Shown here: positions 38,692-49,073 of the stretch, piece after piece | How the letters are laid out: each line of letters starts with the position of its first letter | Position numbering within the stretch: position 1 is the first letter of the stretch | Assembly (NCBI GenBank): GCA_048128005.1 | Contig: JBEUKZ010000111.1 | Coordinates: 186,001-250,000, forward strand | Direction of reading: 5' to 3' | DNA from: Veleropilina oligotropha | Taxonomy: Eukaryota | DNA: 64,000 bases | Position numbers and translations under genes: made by a program | The notes under the pieces: model-generated | The model's database searches: none | Told to the model about the DNA's origin: nothing | Seen by the model: the letters and a program-made list of their open reading frames with translations, nothing else

Positions 38692-39960
38692 CGGCCATAA
38701 GAAGCAAGCCCCCCACAGATATAATCAGTGCCCACACGTTGTCAGCAAGCCACGACGCCGTTTTGCCAACCAGGCCGATAAGCCAGGAAAGCAGGCTTCC
38801 AAGTATTCCTGGGAGTGCGGCAGCCGCCTTCCCTGCTAGTTTGCCCAGAATCCGACCCAAGTTCCGCAGCTGCTTTTTAACCCACTCTTTTATCCCTTGA
38901 CCACTGGAAGGTGGTGGTGAGATGCTCGGCGCTCCGCCTGTTAGGGCTAGTACCAAAGTCGAGATGGCCAGCCCAATAGCAGTGAGTATGGTTGCGATCG
39001 TCACCCCCTGTTCGCGAAACAGGGTCCGGATACGCTCGGCCAGCGTCGTGTCTGAGTGGAGAATCTGACTTATCATTTCTCGGATCCTGCTGATTTGAGA
39101 GCGAAGGGCATCCCGGCTTGATGAGGCTGCCTCTAGGCGAGCTGCTCGTTCATCGTTTAAGTCGCGCAGACGTTCCGCGATTCGTCGACGAACAAACTCT
39201 TCCACACCCCCCCTTCATCTGCCTGATCGAGCTTCCTTTTCTCCAGAGCAATGTGTTCGTCAAGCGCCGATAGTTTGGCTAAGTTGTTGGTTAGCTCGCC
39301 TCGGATTGTCTGCATGGCCTTGTCAAGCCCGCGAAGCTCACGAAGATTTAATGGAGGGTCCCCCATCGTGCTCAAGATCTCATCAACCTCGGCATCTGTG
39401 GAAGTAGTCTCCATTTTGTGGATTGCTTCTGATGCATCATTAGCTGTTCGCCCCAAGTCGTGCAGTTCTACGCTGTCTACATTGGCGGCCGCACCGCTCA
39501 ACTCATTGTCGGCTGTCTGAAGAGTTGCAACAGCTTTTGAGCCCAGCTTTTGTCCCCTCCGCTTCCAGTCTACAAAACCCAACCCATCTCTGATCGCGTT
39601 ACCCCCACCACACCGGCCAGCTATTGTTGCCAAAGACTTGGGTTTACCGGTGCTAGAGTTAATGGGATCGATGTGTGGGTAGGCATTCATCTGCAATCGC
39701 CCGTCCACATAATCGAACCTGGAATAATCACGCCCCGTGGTGGGGGTTTGCCCCTCCTTTGACAGGGCGTTGTAGTAGCTATCGACCGCTGTTTGAACGA
39801 GCTCTTGCCGCAGACTGCTGGTTCCTTCCTGTGGCCGACTCCAGTCAGTCGATCCAACCACATCATCATCGTCGATGATGGTATCATCAGGCTCGAATGC
39901 GGGGTTCTCGAATTCCGCCATTTGAATACAACCGCTTGGATACGCATCTAATTCAGCCAT
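38660..39960 (-). pseudogene. Coiled-coil protein with hydrophobic/amphipathic C-terminus (candidate membrane-penetration or virion protein), frameshifted at the C-run near 39210
   Basis: ORFs 39157-40077 (likely ATG 39960 or 39921) and 38660-39205 overlap at a homopolymer. TM-like GVTIATILTAIGLAISTLVLAL and amphipathic IKEWVKKQLRNLGRILGKLAGK segments. Confidence 0.7.
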
Positions 39961-41240
39961 GGCCAGCCTGTACGGATGCAAGCTTGATCCATACCGCAGA
40001 CTTCGAGAGCCCCTCGGGGTCAAGGGTACCCGCCAGTCTGTGACGATTACAAACAACCCATCCACGATCGCCGCCAACCAGCAGCTGTTGGTTAGGTTCC
40101 CTAATCTCGGGGCTCATGACGTGATCGTTCCAGGGACTGCACACTTGGCATTTACAATCTCTCTGAACTCGTCGAACCCGAATAGAACCGTAGTTCAGAA
40201 CCTTGGTCGTACCGTGATCAAGAAGACCACGATCAAGATTAGTGGAAACGAGGTCATGTCTGTCGACGACTCAGATGTGTATCAATGCTACAACGATCTC
40301 TGGAAGACACCACAGGAGCGCAAGAACGCCCAATACCAAGGGATTGATACAAGCGATAGACAAAATACTACGTAGCTTCGTGTTGGTGCAGCAGACGCCT
40401 TCAGTGAGGTGGAAGATATTGCCATATCTTCCACGTACGGTAATAGATTTCGCATCCCGCTGGACTTCGAGTTGCTGGAGAGCCACATGCCGTTCTATCA
40501 GAGTGCTCTGGGGGACAGGCTCGAGTATGAGCTAACGTTCAACGACCATTCACGGACTATCCAGCTATAACATCGAGAATATCAGCCTGGAGTACGACAT
40601 GGTCACCCAGGTAGAACTGGCCATATTGATTCGCAACCAGTACTCGGGCTGCATCGCCATCCTCTACGACCGTGTGCTCCGGCATCGTAAGCTCACCCGA
40701 GACAAGAGCGACACGCTGTGGAATCTTAACCTGAACGTACCGGCAAGGTCCATGAAAGGGATCCTACTGCTGTTTGAGGACACCGCACGAGACGCAGCAC
40801 CATTCGCGAGGGACACCGAGGCATTTTACAATCCCAAAATCACAAAGGTCGAGGTCACCATTGAGGGTGTGCCGAATCAAATCTACAGCCAGGGCATGCG
40901 TTCATACCAGGTATGGGAAGAAGCCAAAAAACTATTCGCCTCCAGCCCAAGCAGCAAGCACCATCCTGAGGTGGCGATGGTTGCAAAGGAGTTGGCTCTG
41001 GCAGACGTCAACCTGTGCGAGTTCTTGACCAAAAAAATCGCGCTCTGGATAGACCTGCAGGTAACCGACGACGATCAGCTGCATGGGACAGGCCGGAGGA
41101 TAGAGAACGCCAGCGAGGGCATCACCATCCAGATCACTAAAACAGGCGAGGCCGCCGGCCCGTTGAACGTGTACATGTACGTGATTATGGATGCACAGTT
41201 GAATATCGAGAATGGCAGATTTGTCGCAGCACTGTACTAG
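39959..41240 (+). pseudogene. Putative major capsid protein (double jelly-roll), with an internal stop at 40373-40375 and a frameshift near 40565
   Basis: ~420-aa beta-rich reconstruction (ORF 39959-40375, read-through segment FRIPLDFELLE...LEYELTFND, ORF 40599-41240), directly upstream of the packaging ATPase. The fold is inferred, not computed. Confidence 0.68.
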
Positions 41241-41843
41241 ACGGTTTCCGCACACCAAGGACCCCCACTCCGCAATCATCTGCGGCCAGATGGGCTGTGG
41301 GAAGACGGTTTTCATGCTTGAACTGCTGAAATGAGAGTATCTTGGGGTGTTCAGGCATATTGTAATTCTCTGCCCCACGATCAAGTACAACAAAGCATAC
41401 CAGTCCTGTCCGTGGATCTGGACCGACCCGGAGGTGTACTTGATCCCCCCGGTGAGCGCCTCCACGATTGGTTGCGGGGGTTCTACCGGCTGTTCCAGGG
41501 GGAGCCGACCCTCTACATCATCGACGACTGCGCCGCCAGCAAGGCCCTAGCCAAGAGGAGGGACATGCTGACTGAGTTGGCCTTTAGCGGAAGGCATGCC
41601 GAACAAAGTGTATGGGTGGTGACGCAAAAGTACAACCCGGTCCTGAAGGAGCTTCGAGAACAAACCCGCTGGATCGCTCTCTTTCACTGCAAGGACCGCA
41701 ATAGCTTTGAAGACTGTCTTCGCGAGAACGATGTCATCGGGTCGCAAGATGAACGGACTGCGGTGCGCCGGCTGTTGGCAGAGACCAAACACGCTAAGCT
41801 CCTGTTGAAAACTGATCAGCCCGCTGCTTATAGTGTGCTATAG
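41212..41843 (+). pseudogene. A32/FtsK-like DNA packaging ATPase, with a stop at 41332 and a frameshift near 41450
   Basis: Walker A GQMGCGKT, ILCPT, Walker B YIIDD, arginine finger SGRH and VVTQ. Confidence 0.9.
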
Positions 41844-42038
41844 CATCTACCTAGCATCTACAGCATCTACGTAGCTAGCTAGGCATGTCGGACGCTGTAT
41901 ACATAGCTTTTACTTGCAGCCAGAGCCTTCTGTTGCTGCTACTGGTTACATTGTGGTATTAGCATTATCGCTATATTAGACTGGTGAGGAGATGTTGGAA
42001 ACGCTTAAGGATGGACAGCCTCATCGATCAACTCATGG

Positions 42039-42530
42039 ATGACGAACAAGAAACGACCGTCTGCCGAGGGGGCCCCCCCACCCCGCTCGACGACTGAACG
42101 TGGCGAGGAACCTGAAACCAGCGTAGCAAAGGAACGGGAGAGGCTTGAGGCATTAGCCATTGGAGGACAGGCAGGCAAATACTTGGGGAGCAACCTCACA
42201 GTTGACCGAATCGACGCTATGACCGACGGAGAGATTGAGAAAAACCACGCACGGTACGAAGCCAAGCTCGGTGCCGAGATGACGAAAACCCTGGGAACTG
42301 CCGCTATTCATCTATACGCGGGTGCAGCGGGGACAGTCTTGCCAATTTCGCCAGAAAACCAGCTACGACTGATCGCCGACCTGGAGGCCGACCCTTTCAT
42401 CTCACACGCGCTGTGCACTGCAAGCTGTGAGCTGTATCACAAATACGGCATGTGTCTGGCCCCGCTGACCACCACGTTGACCACGGCTAAGCACTGCCAA
42501 TTTGGCATTGGACATGTGTGCCCCCCATGA
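42039..42530 (+). CDS. Hypothetical viral protein (163 aa)
   Basis: ORF lies in the co-oriented gene run after the ATPase; the true start may be near 42011. Confidence 0.6.
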   Translation: MTNKKRPSAEGAPPPRSTTERGEEPETSVAKERERLEALAIGGQAGKYLGSNLTVDRIDAMTDGEIEKNHARYEAKLGAEMTKTLGTAAIHLYAGAAGTVLPISPENQLRLIADLEADPFISHALCTASCELYHKYGMCLAPLTTTLTTAKHCQFGIGHVCPP

Positions 42531-42611
42531 TAGAGAGAGCTCAAGATGACAACGCAGGAAGTGGACCAAATGATCTAGAGCCAGCCGATCGAGAGCCAGC
42601 CGATAGAGAGG

Positions 42612-43037
42612 GTGACTTCTTCGACAGATTCATCAGTGAGTAAAAAGGACCCTAAGAAGGTGGCTGCAGGTCGGGCCGGTGCTGCTGCTCGGAAAGCCAA
42701 ACAGAAGAGGCTACTTGCCGAGCTTAGAAAAATTAAAGAAGACACCCGACAAACTGTCAGCACGGTTCCTTCAGCACTACCGGAGGCGCCACACAGTGGT
42801 AATACCCCAGCCGAGGTGACCGCGGTCGAAAACGACTTTCGCGCCGTACAGTCAGCTACACGGAAATCGGACCCATTTAATTGGACCCAAGGACACTTCG
42901 CTGCAGGCGGGGTCGCTTTGTTATTGGTTGTCTGGAAACGCAGTAGTGGTCCATCCACACCACATCAACAGCCACCAGCACCGGCGAGGCAGCCCCGGCT
43001 CCCCGGCCCCCACCCCCACCACCGAATTGAAGAATGA
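42612..43037 (+). CDS. Basic, putative DNA-binding/core protein with a hydrophobic C-terminal segment
   Basis: KKDPKKVAAGRAGAAARKAKQKR; an upstream ATG near 42546 is interrupted by a stop. Confidence 0.55.
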   Translation: MTSSTDSSVSKKDPKKVAAGRAGAAARKAKQKRLLAELRKIKEDTRQTVSTVPSALPEAPHSGNTPAEVTAVENDFRAVQSATRKSDPFNWTQGHFAAGGVALLLVVWKRSSGPSTPHQQPPAPARQPRLPGPHPHHRIEE

Positions 43038-43085
43038 GCACAACCCGTTCCATATGCAATAGTAGCAAACGGTACCATCAACAGC

Positions 43086-43325
43086 ATGACTACCCCAATC
43101 ACCGATGGAAAGATGCTCGGTAATGCCGTCTATCATTCGGCCATCGTGTCTGGCCTTGCCATTGGCGACTCACGCCTGACAAAGATGGTATTCAAGGGAC
43201 CAAGCCCCAAACTGGACTTCACTGGTTATGATGTCGGAATGGTCGTCCTCGACGTGGCACTCGCCATGGCGACGAAGGATATGCTGATCAAGCAAGGCAT
43301 CATTCCAGCCGACGTATTGAAGTAG
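43086..43325 (+). CDS. Small hydrophobic viral protein (79 aa)
   Basis: Good Kozak context (agcATGa), two hydrophobic segments, tightly packed with neighbours. Confidence 0.6.
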   Translation: MTTPITDGKMLGNAVYHSAIVSGLAIGDSRLTKMVFKGPSPKLDFTGYDVGMVVLDVALAMATKDMLIKQGIIPADVLK

Positions 43326-43345
43326 AGACGCGGTCCTGCATCACA

Positions 43346-43777
43346 ATGGCCTCCATAGCGATGCTGGTTGGGGGCGCTCTTGTCAACGCCCTCGCCTTCA
43401 GCGGGTCAAATTTCCTGTTCTCGAAGCTACGCAGCTCCGGTGTCGACGAGGAGCGTAAACGCCACGACGAAGCCGTAGAGCACCTCCAGGCCGCTCAGAC
43501 TAAATGGTCCCAACAGAGGGCAGAGCGTCTCGATTGGCTGAACGTTGAAATTCGCCGCCAGGGTCATGCCGTTGGCACTTTCCGGGATGTTGACGCCGCG
43601 ATCCGTGAGTACGCATTGATCACCGGCAAGAACCTCGACCCCGCCCTGGGGGGTGGCCCAGAGCCCGCCCTGTCTGACTACTACACGCCGAGCGACGACC
43701 AGAAGGAGCGTGAGATCACCTTCGTCATCCTGGGGATGGCTGCGACCGGGCTGTTAGCCTACAAGCTCCTACCCTAA
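43346..43777 (+). CDS. Viral protein with hydrophobic N- and C-termini and a central coiled coil (143 aa)
   Basis: Kozak acaATGg; MASIAMLVGGALVNALAFSGSNFLF ... ITFVILGMAATGLLAY. Confidence 0.65.
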   Translation: MASIAMLVGGALVNALAFSGSNFLFSKLRSSGVDEERKRHDEAVEHLQAAQTKWSQQRAERLDWLNVEIRRQGHAVGTFRDVDAAIREYALITGKNLDPALGGGPEPALSDYYTPSDDQKEREITFVILGMAATGLLAYKLLP

Positions 43778-43820
43778 GTCCCATGTCCCCGTCTGGACAT
43801 TTTTTTCGTGCGCATATATA

Positions 43821-44075
43821 ATGGGGCTCCCAGAAGAGCTGTACTTTGCCTTGCTAGAGGTGGGCCTTGGTACCACGTCACTCGACTGCTGGCGGCGCAA
43901 CGAAAAGACTATGGTGCGGTTCGCGGTCATGGTGCTCTCGGGCCCGACCGACATACGGGCGACGACTGGGCAGCTTCCGGAGGCGGAAGCTGAAGCCTGT
44001 TGGAGACTGATCACGTTGCTGGAATACCTCACGAGTCTCGATGGCAGCGAAGAGACAAAAGCCCCTGACGGCTAA
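43821..44075 (+). CDS. Hypothetical viral protein (84 aa)
   Basis: ataATGg start; fills the gap before the integrase and overlaps its start. Confidence 0.45.
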   Translation: MGLPEELYFALLEVGLGTTSLDCWRRNEKTMVRFAVMVLSGPTDIRATTGQLPEAEAEACWRLITLLEYLTSLDGSEETKAPDG

Positions 44076-45001
44076 AGCACTCGACGAAACCCTCCGCAAG
44101 TACTACTACGCAGATGGGGGGTTCCAGGGCGTCTCAGCTCTGCACTCAAGGCTTCCAAAAGGCGCAGCCTCAATAAAACGAATCAGGGCGTGGATCTCGA
44201 CACAGGAGGTTGGTCGGTACATGCAGACGAAACCCCCGAGAGAAGTCTTTGCCCGTTTCACAGAGGACAGGTGTGATCCACCAGGCCGATCTTCTCTACC
44301 TCCCACATGACAAGGTCGGCCGTAAAACGTACAAGTATGCGTTGACCTTGGTCGACGTGGCCTCTCGCTACAAGGCGGCCAGACCACTAACATCGAAATC
44401 GGCCAGCGAGGTAGCTAAGGCGTTTGCTGACATCTACAAGACCAACCCGTCCCGCTTATCCTGGCCAAAAACGCTAATGGTGGATGACGGGCACGAATTC
44501 AAGGGGGAAGTATCCACGCTGCTAGGGAAGCACGGAGTTGATATACGACGCGCAGAGCCGGGTCATCACCGATCGCAGGCATTTGTTGAGTCATTCAACC
44601 GCCGGCTAGCTGAACGACTATTCAGGAAGCAAGCGCATGAAGAGCTGAACAGCGGCCAGGACAACCGCCAGTGGGTGTCCGTTCTTCAATCCGTAGTAGC
44701 AGATATGAATGCGACGCCGACACGACTGACTGGTCTTCCTCCAGCGAAGGCAGCCAACATGTCACAGGTGACGTCCAAACCACCCCCACAGGAAACGCTG
44801 TTACCGATTGGCATGCTGGATTATCATGCCACAAACGAAGAAGACCCGAAAGATACCGGGCGCCATCGCGCAACTGATCCATGGTGGACACATAAGCCCT
44901 ACCCGATTCGCCGTCGCGTATCGGAACCCCACCAACCCGTGCTCTACTACACGGCTTTCTCAAAGCACGGGTTCACAAGGTCGCAGCTGAGACCTGCCTA
45001 G
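44041..45001 (+). pseudogene. Retroviral-like (rve, DDE) integrase of Polinton type, frameshift near 44270
   Basis: N-terminal YYY..GGFQG...WI in ORF 44041-44310; core HQADL, LVDVASRY, VDDGHEF and VESFNRRL in ORF 44210-45001. Confidence 0.93.
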
Positions 45002-46488
45002 TGCTTGTGTCGACGATTACAGGACAGGCATGTCAACCGGACGTTCCACTTGTAGTGACCCTGGCTGTCATCCAGGCGGTCGATACTGAATGCCTGCCCG
45101 TGGCAGTTCGTGTAGCCCTGAAGAAGGAGAGCACTATGACAGACCACACACCTCTTGTCTGCAGCATCCATCATTTCGAGCACGTGGTTGACGGTGAGTG
45201 TATGGTGTGCTCCCGTGTATTGGGGCCGTTTCTTTTGACGATCCTCAACCACGTAGCGCTTGAGCCTTGCAGCGATGAGCTCTCGCGAAGGTGTGGCCTG
45301 CTGTTCGGTGGGAGTTATATCACCCGGAGCGTCGTCAGGCGGCAGAACCTTTACCAGCTGATCCATCAACCAGGCCCGGCTCACTGCTGTGTATACGGCG
45401 TTGCTCACCCAGCCACTTAGACCGTGGTCGACGATGTATAGGCGCCTGGGCGGTTGAATGGTCTTCCCTTGCACCCTATGCACCGTCCCCCACCCCGCAT
45501 ATTTCCACTCAAGCGGTAGCCCGTTCTCGACTAGTTCAAGGGGGACTTTGACGATGGTCCCTCGATATGCCGGCATGGTTTCTAGACTACCCGGTATCTT
45601 TATAGGCCGACCCTGCTTGCGGTACCGGTGCGAGATGCTATCGTCTGGGTCGAATCGAATATTAGCAAGAAGCCGGGGGTGCGTCGTTCTGTGCTGCCGG
45701 AGCAGCTGGGTCTGGACATGCGCGCCTAGAGCGTTCGTGGAGCAGATCCAGATGTCATCGGGCTTGGTGCGATCTACAGCTTCTGCGAACGGCGTTGCGG
45801 CCAACTTATCTCTGAAGACGTTGAGCTGTTGCTGGTCATTAGCGCACCACATCTGCGCCTTTACGCCGTGCAGAGCCGACGTTGGCCCATTTTGACAGCA
45901 ACACCAGGACCACGGCTCGCCACACGCCTCGCACAGGCACCTATAGTCGGTGTTAAACCACCGCAGGTTTATGGGGGCGCCCCCCGATGCCCAGTCTGCC
46001 AACGTGTGGTGAGGGCCTTCTTTATCGCCCCATGGCGGGATCTGCCCCATATCCCCGACGCAGATGATTTGACACGTCCGACGGGCGAGATAATCAAGGA
46101 CGGTCATCAGGGTCTTCGTGGGGACCTTGCAACACTTGTCGATGACGATAACCTCGGCTAGGTTATCGAGTCGGTGTCCCAGGCCAGCCGGATCCCAATC
46201 ATCGATCGGCTTGCCGACGGGTAGACACAAGTAGTGGTGGATCGTCTGGACTTGTGCATGCAGGAGACCCAGTCTCGGGTTGTTGCAGTGTTCTTGGGCG
46301 AGGTCGTTCTCGGGGGTGAGCACGACCAGCTTCCGACCACGAAATGTCTGAACGGCCCACTCGGTTTTTCCACTGCCGCCTTGACCTGCGAGGTATATAT
46401 GTCGCGAGGTGGCCGCGCTGATATCGGAAGGGAACGGAGGGGGAGGGGGGGCGTTCCCCCCCTGGGGGCAAGTCGAGACGACCAACAT
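44998..46488 (-). CDS. SF1B (RecD/Pif1-like) helicase plus C-terminal HNH-like zinc nuclease domain (piece of the fused gene)
   Basis: Helicase motifs I, III, IV (YRC), V and VI are clear; Walker B reads IVIDK instead of DE. Confidence 0.88.
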   Translation of the reverse strand: MLVVSTCPQGGNAPPPPPFPSDISAATSRHIYLAGQGGSGKTEWAVQTFRGRKLVVLTPENDLAQEHCNNPRLGLLHAQVQTIHHYLCLPVGKPIDDWDPAGLGHRLDNLAEVIVIDKCCKVPTKTLMTVLDYLARRTCQIICVGDMGQIPPWGDKEGPHHTLADWASGGAPINLRWFNTDYRCLCEACGEPWSWCCCQNGPTSALHGVKAQMWCANDQQQLNVFRDKLAATPFAEAVDRTKPDDIWICSTNALGAHVQTQLLRQHRTTHPRLLANIRFDPDDSISHRYRKQGRPIKIPGSLETMPAYRGTIVKVPLELVENGLPLEWKYAGWGTVHRVQGKTIQPPRRLYIVDHGLSGWVSNAVYTAVSRAWLMDQLVKVLPPDDAPGDITPTEQQATPSRELIAARLKRYVVEDRQKKRPQYTGAHHTLTVNHVLEMMDAADKRCVVCHSALLLQGYTNCHGQAFSIDRLDDSQGHYKWNVRLTCLSCNRRHKH

Positions 46489-46491
46489 GCT

Positions 46492-48045
46492 CTATCGTCC
46501 AAGCAGCAGCCTCTGGGTGCCACTCGTAACCCGGGGATTTATGTCGCCATTGCCCATACCTAGGCTGGTCTGGGACCAGCATATGTTCGACCGATTCGGG
46601 CAGGCTCTTGACGTATAAGGCATCGGTGCAGACACGAAGGACATCCTCTTGTGGGAATCTTCATAGCGGAGGGATATGTTCGTATATCCGAGCACGAAGG
46701 CTCGGATATGAAACCACTGCGTCCTGGTCTTGCCGTCCTTGTACTGAATGAGGTGGACATTGCCGGCCTTCTCGAAGTTCAAGAGACTGTCAGTGCCGCC
46801 GAGAACATTGGCCAAGTAGGCGGCCTCGTTTGGATCGCGGACTAGGATGCTCGACTCATCACCATGGCGAGCACACTTGCCAACGAAGCGCATGGCCAGG
46901 TCTCTCAAAGGGAACTTGATAGTGGCCTTTATGCCTATGCTGTATACCACCTCGCGCGCTGTGACCTCCACCAGATCACCAGAGTCAATTAAGTCTGCAA
47001 GCTCGGGGGTAGTGATCCAGCCCTGCTTCTCCCGTTGGTGCTCACCTACACGACCTACGGTATAGGGGTGCGTCTCTGGGCTGAATTGCCATGCAGCGAG
47101 CTGCACCGCTCCTGTCAGGGTGAGGATATCTCTTATGGACACACCCTCGACGTTCGCTCGACGCATCATACTCGTCGGGAACCCATACTGGCGCACTAGA
47201 TCTATGGATTCTCCAACCCCACCACAAAGGGAGTCTTCACAGCCAAGGTATGGTGCGCGCATGTCGAGATGGTGATGGGCACTTGTGCCTGCGGCCTCGT
47301 CAGCAGAATTCCAAACCTTGGCCTCAACCTGAGCCGCTCGCCAGGTGTCCCGGTGGTTTTCTGGCATTGGCTTGATCTCCTCGCGGGCCAACCACTTCTG
47401 GAACCGGTAAGACGTGGCGCCACCCATGGAGTGGGAAGCTCGGTGGTATTCCTCTTCAAGCTTCTCAAGTTCTTCGGGGATCTCGGAGGGAGGCCAATGC
47501 GTCTCGTCCTCGAAAGCGCGGTCAATAGCCATACCCTCGGCCCTCGACCTCCACAGTGAACCATCGCTACCCACGAGAGCCTGTCCACATACCCAGACCC
47601 GGACCGTTGATGGGATGGCCCTGGTGGCAAATGCGATCAGAACCTCTCGTGTAGTTGGGTCCATGGTCTTCTGGGCCGCAGTGGTCTTTGGGGCCGCAGT
47701 GGTCTTCTGGGCCGCAGACGTAAGGGCCTGTTCTGCGATGTCGTCGAGACTGTAAACCTGTAAGATCTTGGGCGGATCGGTCGGGATGCTTGCCCATTCG
47801 TGGTGGTTATGGCATGGCACCCGAATCGTGGGACGGCTCTTGTATTTACCGCTGTCCCAAAGAGTGTTGCCTAACGCGTCGACGGCAACAAGCTTGACTT
47901 TGAGAGCCGCTTCAATGGAGAACATATCCTCGCATGTGCAGCCCGTTTCTGCAAGCTTGCGGTCGAACTGCTCAAGAATTTGTCTGCGGCTCTTCGTTAA
48001 CCCATCTCCGGCTTTCGTCATTGGGTTCTGGAAGTGGTCCACCAC
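46492..48045 (-). CDS. Divergent PolB-like domain (piece of the fused gene)
   Basis: Motif A-like HLDMRAPYLG and HIRAFVLGYT; motif C-like VCTDALY lies in the shifted frame at ~46613-46633. Confidence 0.65.
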   Translation of the reverse strand: MVDHFQNPMTKAGDGLTKSRRQILEQFDRKLAETGCTCEDMFSIEAALKVKLVAVDALGNTLWDSGKYKSRPTIRVPCHNHHEWASIPTDPPKILQVYSLDDIAEQALTSAAQKTTAAPKTTAAQKTMDPTTREVLIAFATRAIPSTVRVWVCGQALVGSDGSLWRSRAEGMAIDRAFEDETHWPPSEIPEELEKLEEEYHRASHSMGGATSYRFQKWLAREEIKPMPENHRDTWRAAQVEAKVWNSADEAAGTSAHHHLDMRAPYLGCEDSLCGGVGESIDLVRQYGFPTSMMRRANVEGVSIRDILTLTGAVQLAAWQFSPETHPYTVGRVGEHQREKQGWITTPELADLIDSGDLVEVTAREVVYSIGIKATIKFPLRDLAMRFVGKCARHGDESSILVRDPNEAAYLANVLGGTDSLLNFEKAGNVHLIQYKDGKTRTQWFHIRAFVLGYTNISLRYEDSHKRMSFVSAPMPYTSRACPNRSNICWSQTSLGMGNGDINPRVTSGTQRLLLGR

Positions 48046-49073
48046 ACAGCGAAGGAAGCAGTTTACAAACTCTCCGTCTTCTTGAGGGCTAGCATTGGCC
48101 CCGGTTTTCCTTTTTGCTCCGGAAGCGGACGAAGCTCGTACCTAACATAAACGATATATTCTCGCCCCTTCTCCCACGCCGCCTGGTCGATGCCGTGAAG
48201 AGCTCCGGCGCTGACCTGGTCTCTGCGAACCACCCCCTTCCCCTTAATGTGCTGCTCAGAGACACCCACTTCCTCTGTCACTTGGGCAAGAGGCTCCTTG
48301 GCCGATTTCCCCACTACCGTGAACAGCTTGTAGTGTGTGTCTGGGTCTACAAGCTCCAACACCTCCGAGGCCATGCCCAGCGTCAGCCGAAGATCACGCT
48401 TTTCGCACGATACCCAATACACCGCGCCTTCGTCTGTGATGTCAGGCCCCCGTACAACCGCCTGGAAGTCGAATCTACGACCATCAACAGCCTCGGTAAT
48501 TTCTTTACGAACGACGTCAGCGCCCTTCTTAATATAAGCCCCATCGGGGAACAGGACTGCGACATCGTCGACGAGAAGGGAATAATATCCATCCGAGGTT
48601 AGGTGATCTCTCAGAAGATCGGGACGGACCCCAGCTATAGCCCGGGCAAGGGTATCTTTCCGAGACCTAGTCAGACCGTGCAGATGTGGCTTGACGATTC
48701 GATCCGTGATATGACGAAGTGGCTTCTGTCGTATCCCGGGCTTTTTCTCAGCCAGGGTTTCGTATTTACGGACCTTGAGGGCCATACCGACCTCGTCCTT
48801 AAGCTGCTGCAATTCGCGAGCACGACGGCCTCGTGTGTGGGGGTTCTCCACATCTCCACGGATGGAGGGGAATCTTCCCGTCTTCATCGCCCGCTCGAGT
48901 CTCCTCCGAAACTCGGCAGCACGGACCTCGGCGATAGCCCTGATGAGGTCGTTTTTCTTGAGCTTCGACCGATCGGGAAGCCCGTAATCTTTCGCCAGAT
49001 TGCGTAGTACTCTGATGGAGACACGAACCATTTCGACATGACATGAAGATACCAGTCTCTATATGGAAAGTTT

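Larger units (their letters stand above)
44998..49031 (-). pseudogene. Large replication gene: N-terminal helical domain, divergent family-B DNA polymerase domain, SF1 helicase and HNH-like nuclease (at least 3 frameshifts)
   Basis: ORFs 48063-49031, 46492-48045, the frame of 46199-46582 and 44998-46488 abut or overlap. Polymerase-like motifs LDMRAPY, HIRAFVLGY, RVCTDALY and YGQWR; helicase motifs GQGGSGKT, GDMGQIPP, TVHRVQG and YTAVSRA; C-terminal CVVC..SIDRLD..GH..NV..CLSCN. Confidence 0.8.
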
